Made by a program: the position numbers and the translations under genes. The notes below the pieces were generated by a model. The model was not told the DNA's origin. It saw nothing but the letters and a program-made list of their open reading frames with translations, and did no database searches. A stretch of DNA of 64,000 nucleotides from Syntrophomonadaceae bacterium (GTDB lineage Bacteria; Bacillota; Syntrophomonadia; Syntrophomonadales; Syntrophomonadaceae), in assembly GCA_012729495.1 (NCBI GenBank), contig JAAYCZ010000117.1, forward strand, positions 989 to 64,988, in the 5' to 3' direction. Of this stretch, positions 18,525 to 26,342 are shown in pieces (the stretch's first letter is position 1; each line of letters opens with the position of its first letter).

Positions 18525-19718
18525 ATGAAGGTATTAGTTGTAAATGCCGGGAGTTCATCAATCAAGTATCAGGTATTTAATATGAAAGATGAATCTGTCT
18601 TGGCCAAGGGTCTGGTCGACAGAGTAGGAATTCCAGGGACTACGTTGGAACATAAGCCTACCGGCAAAGATGAAGTAATTATTAAAAAGGATCTGCCCGA
18701 TCATACTGCAGGTATGAAACTGGTTCTGGAAGTTCTGGCCAACAGCGAATACGGTGTAATTTCCGATATGGCAGAGATTGGTGCGGTCGGACACCGCGTT
18801 GTGCATGGCGGCGAATCTTTTGCTGATTCCGTAGTAATTGACGATGCAGTCAAAAAGGTTATTAAAGATTGCTTTGAGATCGCACCGCTGCATAACCCCC
18901 CGAATCTTATGGGAATTGACGCATGCCAGGAGCTAATGCCTAATGTTCCGCACGTAGCTGTTTTTGATACGGCTTTCCATCAGACCATGAAAGCGGAAAA
19001 TTATTTATATGCCCTGCCTTACGATGTATACGAAAAATACAAGGTGCGCAGATATGGTTTCCACGGTACGTCACATTTTTATGTATCCCATCGTGCCGCA
19101 GAAATGTTGGGCAAACCTTACGAAGAGTGCAAGATTATAACCCTGCACCTCGGCAACGGCGGCAGCATGGCAGCCATCAAGGACGGCCAGGTTGTTGATA
19201 CTTCCATGGGCTTTACCCCGCTGGAAGGATTGGTTATGGGCACCCGTTCCGGTGATATTGATCCTGCTATCGTTTGGTTCTTAATGGACAAACTGGGCAT
19301 GGATACAGCCGAAGCCAACAACTACTTCAATAAAAAATCAGGTATGCTGGGGTTGTCCGGAGTCTCCAATGACTTGCGTGATGTTCTGGAAGCAGCCGGT
19401 TCCGGCAATGAAAGAGCCAAGACCGCTTTAAGGGTATACTACAATCAGGTTAAAGGCTACATCGGCAATTACATGGCCAAATTGAACGGCTGTGATTGTC
19501 TGGTCTTTACCGCCGGTGTCGGTGAAAACGGCTATGATGTACGTGAAGCCATCTGTGCAGATATGGACTATCTGGGCGTAAAGATGGATAACGAAAAGAA
19601 TAAAGTCAGAGGCAAGGAAGTCGATGTGGCGACAGCTGATTCCAAGGTTAGAATATTCATCATCCCCACCAATGAAGAATTGGTTATTGCCAGAGATACC
19701 CTGAGACTTTCCAAGTAG
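18525..19718 (+). CDS. ackA: acetate kinase
   Basis: NAGSSSIK, GHRVVHGG, APLHNP, FDTAFH, YGFHGTSH, TAGVGEN, TNEE. Confidence 0.97.
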   Translation: MKVLVVNAGSSSIKYQVFNMKDESVLAKGLVDRVGIPGTTLEHKPTGKDEVIIKKDLPDHTAGMKLVLEVLANSEYGVISDMAEIGAVGHRVVHGGESFADSVVIDDAVKKVIKDCFEIAPLHNPPNLMGIDACQELMPNVPHVAVFDTAFHQTMKAENYLYALPYDVYEKYKVRRYGFHGTSHFYVSHRAAEMLGKPYEECKIITLHLGNGGSMAAIKDGQVVDTSMGFTPLEGLVMGTRSGDIDPAIVWFLMDKLGMDTAEANNYFNKKSGMLGLSGVSNDLRDVLEAAGSGNERAKTALRVYYNQVKGYIGNYMAKLNGCDCLVFTAGVGENGYDVREAICADMDYLGVKMDNEKNKVRGKEVDVATADSKVRIFIIPTNEELVIARDTLRLSK

Positions 19719-19743
19719 ATTAAATAATAAATGATACTGCAGT

Positions 19744-19771
19744 GAAAAAGCGGGATTATTCCCGCTTTTTC
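19744..19771 (+). terminator. intrinsic terminator after ackA
   Basis: GAAAAAGCGGGA-ttat-TCCCGCTTTTTC. Confidence 0.85.
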
Positions 19772-19847
19772 CAGTATAAATGGTTTAATCACCGTAAATA
19801 ATCGTAGGGTTACTTAAAGAGTTACATTGTTGAAAAAGGAGTGCATG

Positions 19848-20636
19848 ATGATCAATTCACAGTCACTTTACAAAGAAAGACTTCTGCATGTTTATCATAA
19901 AGGCAATATAAAGGAAAAAAACGATCCGATTGTGTACGAAACCCAGTTGCATCTGCTGGTCAATGATGAATCGTTGGCCGATCTGGTTTGTTCGCCGCAA
20001 GCCTTTACGGAATTGGCGGTTGGTTATTTATTGAGTGAAAATGTGCTGCAAGTTTATGAGGATCTGCAGGGAATACACTTTGATGAACAGCAGCAAAAGG
20101 CTTGCATATATACTGCTAAATCACCAAAAAGCAGAAATCAGTATTTTCATCAGGTCAACAGCTGTGCAGGAAGAGGTCAACAGGGTCTGCAAACAAATGT
20201 TGCCGGTATTGCCCCGGTTCATGCCCCCAATGTTTTTTTTCGTCCGGAGCAGATATTTGCCATGGTTGAAGAAATGGAGAAAAGAGGAACAACTTTTCGC
20301 TTAACCGGCGGAACCCATAGCGCCGCCCTGGGTGATCAGGGGAAGCTGCTGGTCAGTTATGAGGACATTGGCCGGCATAATGCTGTTGATAAGGTGTTTG
20401 GCCATGCATTCCTGCAACAGATTCCGCTGGAAGATAAATGCCTCGTTCTGAGCGGCAGGATTGCCTCGGAAATTCTATTAAAGGCTGCACGCCGTAATGT
20501 GCCCCTGGTAATATCCAGATCCGCCGCTACCGGTTTGGCCATCGATCTGGCGGAAGAACTGGGCATCACCTTGGTGGGCTTTACGCGCGGCGATAAGTTT
20601 AACATCTATTGTCATAAAGAAAGGATAAAAATTTAA
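19848..20636 (+). CDS. fdhD: formate dehydrogenase accessory sulfurtransferase FdhD
   Basis: ELAVGYL.SE, TGGTHSAA, EDIGRHNAVDK, SGRI.SE. Confidence 0.92.
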   Translation: MINSQSLYKERLLHVYHKGNIKEKNDPIVYETQLHLLVNDESLADLVCSPQAFTELAVGYLLSENVLQVYEDLQGIHFDEQQQKACIYTAKSPKSRNQYFHQVNSCAGRGQQGLQTNVAGIAPVHAPNVFFRPEQIFAMVEEMEKRGTTFRLTGGTHSAALGDQGKLLVSYEDIGRHNAVDKVFGHAFLQQIPLEDKCLVLSGRIASEILLKAARRNVPLVISRSAATGLAIDLAEELGITLVGFTRGDKFNIYCHKERIKI

Positions 20637-20640
20637 ATTT

Positions 20641-21963
20641 TTAATTCCCTAATAACAGCTCGTATTCCGGGTCACGAAAGAGCTGATGGGCAAGCAACAA
20701 TAATTTGTGGGCACCGGGACTGCGCAAATAATCCGGGTTGAGGTCATTTATGCGTACTCTGTCCAGACCGTCAGCATCCTTAAATAGATTATAAAGCCTC
20801 AGCGTACGGTCAATATCGGTCAAACCATATTTGTTCAATTGCTTTAGAGCTGCCCGGTCAGCTACGGCATGCAGTTCAATGATAAAACGAAGGCTCTCTC
20901 GTTGTGCATCAGGTATGCCCTTTAATAGCCCTTTGGCAACCAGTTTGCGATAACTGGCAACACCGTGCGAAGTATCATATCCGTCCGTTATCCGGCCGAT
21001 ATCATGGTAAATCGCCGCCTGACAGATAAGATCACGATCCTGATCGGAAAGCTGCTCCAGATGAGTTAGCAAAAGCCCCAGCAGCAAAACCCGCTTGGTG
21101 TGGCTGAGGGCATGAATTCCCTGGGGATTGTGAAACCAATCAGTTTTAATCTGCTGGGCATAATAAAAATACCGCCCCGTCAGCCCCTGTTTTAGCATCA
21201 GCGGCCGTAATTCAGAGATTTTGATCATATCCATGTGGTTTGTTTTTATTACCTGCAAAGGATCAAGGGTTACCTTTTTTTCAAAAATTTTAGCATTATA
21301 GCTCTTTATATCTCTGACATTAACCAGGGCCTGGAAAAATTCAGCGCTCATGCCGGCAGATATCATTTTCTGAATGGCAATGTTTATATCCGTATACCAT
21401 ATATCGCAGTTTTCCAGTTCTGCAATCTTATTTGCCCAGGCAAATATTTTAACATAGCCCCATTCATCCGCCAGCGGCATGGTTTCATTCGCACCCTTGT
21501 ACCTAGAAACCTGTCTGATAAATTCGGGACTGAATACATTCCTGCCGTAGCGGTTATTATTGAATATGTGTATAAAAAGGGGATATTTTTCCTGATCGGG
21601 AATAAAGCTAAATACCTCCATGAATAAATCAGGCGCCAGCCGGGGATCAACGATTTTAAAAAATCTGGCAAAATCCCGATTAGCTACGGCTTGGTTCAGT
21701 TGATTTTCGATCGTTATGATACGTTGTTTAAGGTTGGATAAATCATTAAATTCCAAAAAAACCGTCCCCCGGTAATAGCAGAACGGTTTTTCCTGGTTGT
21801 TAATATTTATATAAAAATCATCGGCATCCAGTTCATTGGTAACAATAAAATTGTGCAGCTGTGGCAGCGACAGCTGTACATTATTAACGGGGATTGATTC
21901 AGCCGCGCTTATTGTAACGAACCCATTTCTGGTGATAAAATTATCAGAATTCATTTTTCCCAT
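20641..21963 (-). CDS. HD-domain phosphohydrolase with an uncharacterised N-terminal region
   Basis: C-terminal IHALSHTKRV...AIYHDIGR...HG...H...FKDADGLDRVR; about 250 N-terminal aa not recognised. Confidence 0.75.
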   Translation of the reverse strand: MGKMNSDNFITRNGFVTISAAESIPVNNVQLSLPQLHNFIVTNELDADDFYININNQEKPFCYYRGTVFLEFNDLSNLKQRIITIENQLNQAVANRDFARFFKIVDPRLAPDLFMEVFSFIPDQEKYPLFIHIFNNNRYGRNVFSPEFIRQVSRYKGANETMPLADEWGYVKIFAWANKIAELENCDIWYTDINIAIQKMISAGMSAEFFQALVNVRDIKSYNAKIFEKKVTLDPLQVIKTNHMDMIKISELRPLMLKQGLTGRYFYYAQQIKTDWFHNPQGIHALSHTKRVLLLGLLLTHLEQLSDQDRDLICQAAIYHDIGRITDGYDTSHGVASYRKLVAKGLLKGIPDAQRESLRFIIELHAVADRAALKQLNKYGLTDIDRTLRLYNLFKDADGLDRVRINDLNPDYLRSPGAHKLLLLAHQLFRDPEYELLLGN

Positions 21964-22054
21964 TTCCTAATACTCCATAAATAGTATTTGCTCTGTATGT
22001 TTTGATTCGTTTTTATTCTATGTTTATCCTTCCTGAAATGATAAATGCAATTAG

Positions 22055-22195
22055 GATTCCACTGCAAAAACCCAGTTACTTATATTCGTAGAGGAGACTT
22101 TAGTCTCCGACTATCCCTGAAACGCCTATACGTAGGGGAGACTAAAGTCTCCCCTACGGTATATAGTGTATAAATACACTTTTTACAGTGGAATC
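22055..22195. mobile_element. MITE-like element with 16-bp terminal inverted repeats enclosing two GTAG-type REP hairpins
   Basis: GATTCCACTGCAAAAA ... TTTTTACAGTGGAATC (15/16 match); internal CGTAGAGGAGACTTTAGTCTCC and CGTAGGGGAGACTAAAGTCTCCCCTACG; CAATTA at both flanks. Confidence 0.7.
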
Positions 22196-22235
22196 AATTA
22201 ATTATAATAAATATGAACGGTATAAATATTTCAGA

Positions 22236-22308
22236 GGTGGGCGGTCAAAGTAAAATGCAACCTTTGACAGAGTAAAATAAACTGGGTTGCATTTACTTTG
22301 TCTATTGA
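22236..22308 (+). repeat. dispersed hairpin repeat, copy 1
   Basis: GGTGGGCGGTCAAAGTAAAATGCAACCTTT...GGGTTGCATTTACTTTGTCTATTGA; homologous copy at 52545-52609. Confidence 0.75.
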
Positions 22309-22347
22309 CGTTAATATTTCAGATGATACGGTTAAACCAGTCGTTTA

Positions 22348-22377
22348 TTGACAACCATAAGAAGAGCAGTCTATAAT
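22348..22377 (+). promoter_or_regulatory. sigma-A promoter of the yceD-rpmF operon
   Basis: TTGACA-N18-TATAAT. Confidence 0.7.
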
Positions 22378-22405
22378 TAATCTGGTGTTTTTATGAGGTG
22401 TACTT

Positions 22406-22906
22406 ATGCGTATTAACCTTGCCCGGTTAAAACTAAGGCCACAGCAAAGTGAAAAATTTTACCTGGAAGAGCAGGGTAACAACGTTTATTTACAGGGAAC
22501 GGGTTGTACATTCCTTGATAAAATCGCGGTTGAACTGCAGGTGGAAAATACCGGCCGTATGTTTTTAGCCCGGGGAAATATTAAAACCGTGCTTGGTCTG
22601 CCATGTTCACGCTGTCTGAGGGATACCAGTACAGCGATTGATACTGATATCGAATTGACAATGGCACGTGCCGGTTTGGCCGGAAAGCCTGATGCAGATG
22701 ACGAAACCATCATTTTTCATGGCGATATGGTGGATTTAAGTATTCCTGTTCATGAGGCTGTCTTTATGGCTATTCCTATTATTCCCCTGTGTCGGCCGGA
22801 ATGCAAAGGGCTTTGCCCGGTTTGCGGGAAAGATCTAAATCAGGGGACATGTTCCTGCTCGCAAAAGGAAATAGACCCCCGCTGGGAAAAACTGAAGAAT
22901 TTATAG
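22406..22906 (+). CDS. YceD/DUF177 family protein
   Basis: C.RCL, LC.PECKGLCPVCG.DLN...CSC, DPRW..L; upstream of rpmF. Confidence 0.9.
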   Translation: MRINLARLKLRPQQSEKFYLEEQGNNVYLQGTGCTFLDKIAVELQVENTGRMFLARGNIKTVLGLPCSRCLRDTSTAIDTDIELTMARAGLAGKPDADDETIIFHGDMVDLSIPVHEAVFMAIPIIPLCRPECKGLCPVCGKDLNQGTCSCSQKEIDPRWEKLKNL

Positions 22907-22926
22907 TTGGGAAGGAGGTAATATGA

Positions 22927-23097
22927 ATGGGCGTTCCTAAAAGGAGACAGTCACATTCCCGTAAGAATAAACGTCGTTCAGAATGGAAAAAGATAGCAGC
23001 ACCAGGGTTGGTTGAGTGCCCGCAATGCCATGAATTAAAAATGCCTCATCATGCGTGTCTGAATTGTGGTTACTATAAAGGCAAAAACGTTATGTAG
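22927..23097 (+). CDS. rpmF: 50S ribosomal protein L32 (not in ORF track)
   Basis: MGVPKRRQSHSRKNKRRSEW...CPQCHELKMPHHACLNCGYYKG; AAGGAGG RBS. Confidence 0.96.
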   Translation: MGVPKRRQSHSRKNKRRSEWKKIAAPGLVECPQCHELKMPHHACLNCGYYKGKNVM

Positions 23098-23211
23098 AGC
23101 AATCCCAGTAAAAGAACCAAAAAGTAAGCGATAGTCTGTCAGGCTGTATCTTACTTTTTGTTTTTTATATAATAAATATAAACCCGCGACATTGGAGGGA
23201 GGTTAGGTAGT

Positions 23212-24168
23212 TTGAGGATTGCCATTGATGTAATGGGAGGCGATCATGCTCCGGTTGAGATTATTGCCGCAGCAGTGGAATGGGCTAAAAAATCAGATGA
23301 TGAGCTTCTTTTGGTAGGAAAGGAAGACTTGGTTGCAAAAATATTACAGAATTATACATATCCGCCAGACCGGGTTCATATTATATCTGCAACCCAGGTA
23401 ATTGAAATGGATGATTCTCCTGCTACAGCAATGCGCAGGAAGAAAGATGCTTCCATTGTTGTAGCTACCCGTCTGGTCAAAGAAGGACGAGCTGATGCGG
23501 TATTATCCTGTGGCAATACCGGCGCCCAGATGGCAGCGGCTCTTTTTGTCCTGGGCAGATTTGAAAATATTGACCGACCAGCAATCGTTGCAGCTATTCC
23601 AAACCGCGCAGGCAGTCACACATTATTGGTCGATGTTGGTGCCAATGTGGACTGCAAACCGCAGCAGCTATTGCAATTTGCCCTGCTGGGCAAGGCCTAC
23701 GCCAGTATTGATCTGGATATTAATGAACCGCGTATAGCGCTGCTGAACAATGGCACCGAAGAGAGCAAAGGCAACGTTTTGGCAGTGGAAAGCTACGGCC
23801 TTTTAAAAGCACAGGCCGGGTTGAATTTCATCGGCAACATCGAAGGCCGGGATATTTTTAGTGCCCAAGCTGATGTGATTGTCTGTGATGGCTTTACGGG
23901 TAATATTTTGTTAAAGGCCATTGAAGGTCTGGCCCAGGCAGCGGTGCATTCATGTTCGCTGGAATTGGAAAGGATTCCGTCTTTCCTGAGCAAATTTGAT
24001 TATAGCCGGGTGGGCGGCGCCCCGCTGTTGGGTGTGGAAGGAGTTAGTATCGTCTGCCATGGAAGTTCCAAACGAGAGGCGGTTTATAACGGGATAAAAA
24101 CGGCTCGCGATTGTGTTGTAAAAGATATGGTGAAAAAGCAGAAATTGGCATTGTCCCAATCCCGGTAA
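23212..24168 (+). CDS. plsX: phosphate acyltransferase PlsX
   Basis: IAIDVMGGDHAP, S.GNTGA, DVGANVD, G.E.SKGN, VCDGFTGN, GGAPLLG, HGSS. Confidence 0.95.
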   Translation: MRIAIDVMGGDHAPVEIIAAAVEWAKKSDDELLLVGKEDLVAKILQNYTYPPDRVHIISATQVIEMDDSPATAMRRKKDASIVVATRLVKEGRADAVLSCGNTGAQMAAALFVLGRFENIDRPAIVAAIPNRAGSHTLLVDVGANVDCKPQQLLQFALLGKAYASIDLDINEPRIALLNNGTEESKGNVLAVESYGLLKAQAGLNFIGNIEGRDIFSAQADVIVCDGFTGNILLKAIEGLAQAAVHSCSLELERIPSFLSKFDYSRVGGAPLLGVEGVSIVCHGSSKREAVYNGIKTARDCVVKDMVKKQKLALSQSR

Positions 24169-24207
24169 TAAAATATTATGAATAATTATTTAAGGAGGCT
24201 GATTTTT

Positions 24208-24453
24208 GTGGAGGAATTTTTTGAGATAGCCAGAAAAATTTTAGCTGAGCAATTAAACATAGACCCCGCTGATATAACCATGGAAACAACTTTTGAAGAA
24301 ATTGAGGCTGATTCCATCGATATAGTGGAAATGATAATGGCCCTTGAAGATATGTATGACGTTGAATTTCCTGAAGACGATCTGGAGGACTACCCTGTCG
24401 TTGGTGATCTTATCAAAGCATTATTTGAATATCTGGAAAAGGCGAAGAAATGA
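24208..24453 (+). CDS. acpP: acyl carrier protein
   Basis: ADSIDIVEMIMALE phosphopantetheine Ser motif; AAGGAGG RBS before GTG 24208. Confidence 0.9.
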   Translation: MEEFFEIARKILAEQLNIDPADITMETTFEEIEADSIDIVEMIMALEDMYDVEFPEDDLEDYPVVGDLIKALFEYLEKAKK

Positions 24454-25154
24454 GACTAAAGGATTCAGCCCATCGATTTCTGGCAGATAATCAAATACCA
24501 TACCAAGATGAGAAATTATTTTCAATGGCCTTGATTCATCCCTCCTATGCCCAGGAAAACAAAGCCGGACACAATAATCAGCGCCTGGAGTTTCTGGGTG
24601 ATGCCGTCTTGAATTTTGTGACTGCGGAGTATCTGTATAATCATTATCCGGATAAAGCCGAAGGAGATCTGACTAAGATCCGCGCCCGGGTGGTATGCGA
24701 AAATGCCCTGGTTGAGATTGCCGGTTATATTAATCTGGGCACATATATTCTGCTGGGCCGCGGAGAAGAAAAATCAGGCGGACGGCAGAGAAAATCGATC
24801 CTGGCTGATACCATGGAAGCGGTTATAGGCGCTATCTATCTTGATCAGGGAATTCAGCCGGCGCGGGATTTTATTCTTAAACACCTGGAGGAAACGATTC
24901 AGCAAACAGCCGAAGGTGAGTTCAGGGATTTCAAATCGCGCTTGCAGGAAATCGTTCAGGCTCGCTGCAGCAATAATGTATATTATGAAACCATTGAGGA
25001 AAGCGGCCCTCTGCATGCGAAAGTTTTTAAAGTCGGTGTCTATTATGAAAAACATTTGCTGGCCAGCGGTTCAGGTAGAAGTAAAAAAGAAGCCGAACAG
25101 TGTGCTGCGGAAAAAGTACTGCAGGACTTAACCTTATTGAACCGATTATTATAA
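24450..25154 (+). CDS. rnc: ribonuclease III
   Basis: NQRLEFLGDAVL, EGDL...RA, EAVIGAIYLD, C-terminal dsRBD. Confidence 0.96.
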   Translation: MRLKDSAHRFLADNQIPYQDEKLFSMALIHPSYAQENKAGHNNQRLEFLGDAVLNFVTAEYLYNHYPDKAEGDLTKIRARVVCENALVEIAGYINLGTYILLGRGEEKSGGRQRKSILADTMEAVIGAIYLDQGIQPARDFILKHLEETIQQTAEGEFRDFKSRLQEIVQARCSNNVYYETIEESGPLHAKVFKVGVYYEKHLLASGSGRSKKEAEQCAAEKVLQDLTLLNRLL

Positions 25155-25187
25155 GCACTTGCTATGCTTGAGAGGTTGGAATATTCT

Positions 25188-26267
25188 ATGCGCCACTATA
25201 ATATCCCGATTTTCATTCCTCACTTGGGCTGTCCTTATAATTGTATATACTGTGACCAGAAAAAAATATCAGCCCAAACGGAAGCTGCTGACAATCATCA
25301 AATCTTACGTATTATTGATCAGCATCTGACCACCATTATCCGCCCTGCCGAAATAGAAGCAGCCTTTTTCGGAGGCAGCTTCACCGCCATCCGACCTGAC
25401 CTGCAGGAAAACTATTTGCGTCTGCTGCAGCCCTATATAGAGCAGAATCTGATTCAGGGAATCAGGATTTCAACCCGTCCCGACTGCATCGATAACAAGA
25501 CCTTGGAATTACTGCATAGATATGGAGTCCAAACAATTGAATTGGGCGTTCAGTCTCTCAATAATGAGGTTTTACGCCAGTCAGGAAGGATCTATCAGGC
25601 GGAAGATGTGGAAAAAAGTTCGGCTCTGATCAAGCAAGGCGGATTTAAATTGGGCATTCAGCTCATGGTGGGCTTGCCGGGAGACAATTATGACCGTGAC
25701 CTGGAGACGGTGCGCAAAACGATTGCCATTGCTCCGCAGATGGTCAGGATCTATCCCACTTTGGTTTTAGCCGGCACCAAACTGGAACAAATGTGGCAGG
25801 AAGGCAAATACCAAGCCCTTACGTTGGAAGAAGCTGTTCCTGTCTGTCGGGATATGCTGCTTCAGTTGGCCAAGGCGGGAATTCCTGTTATTCGTTTGGG
25901 CCTGTATCCAGGTGAAGAGCTGCGCCAGGAAGGAACGGTCAAGGCCGGGCCATTCCATCCGTCTTTTGGGGAACTGGTAGAGCAGGCAGTTTTCCGGGAA
26001 CAGGCAATGCTGGCCATCAAACTTTTTCAGCAGCGTTATGGCGGGCGTGAGCGTTGTACACTTAATGTGAATGAACGTGATCTCTCCAAACTGCTGGGCA
26101 AAAAACGCAGCAATCTTATTTCCATTCAGCGGTCTTCGGGTTTGCAGGAATTAAACGTGCAAACCTGTCAGCATGAAAAAAGAGATTGGATCGGTATAAT
26201 TATCGAGCCTGCCGGGGCGGATAAATTTATTCTTACCCGTACGGAGTTTTTGAATTCCATAAACTAA
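25188..26267 (+). CDS. Elp3/YhcC-like radical SAM protein
   Basis: IPIFIPHLGCPYNCIYC, FFGGSFT, STRPD, ELGVQS, AGPFHPSFGELV; usual position between rnc and smc. Confidence 0.88.
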   Translation: MRHYNIPIFIPHLGCPYNCIYCDQKKISAQTEAADNHQILRIIDQHLTTIIRPAEIEAAFFGGSFTAIRPDLQENYLRLLQPYIEQNLIQGIRISTRPDCIDNKTLELLHRYGVQTIELGVQSLNNEVLRQSGRIYQAEDVEKSSALIKQGGFKLGIQLMVGLPGDNYDRDLETVRKTIAIAPQMVRIYPTLVLAGTKLEQMWQEGKYQALTLEEAVPVCRDMLLQLAKAGIPVIRLGLYPGEELRQEGTVKAGPFHPSFGELVEQAVFREQAMLAIKLFQQRYGGRERCTLNVNERDLSKLLGKKRSNLISIQRSSGLQELNVQTCQHEKRDWIGIIIEPAGADKFILTRTEFLNSIN

Positions 26268-26342
26268 ACCTCCTGCCAGCGGCAGGATTTATATATGCAG
26301 GAAACGAAATTAAACAGTGATTGATATGCAGGAGGCCCGATT

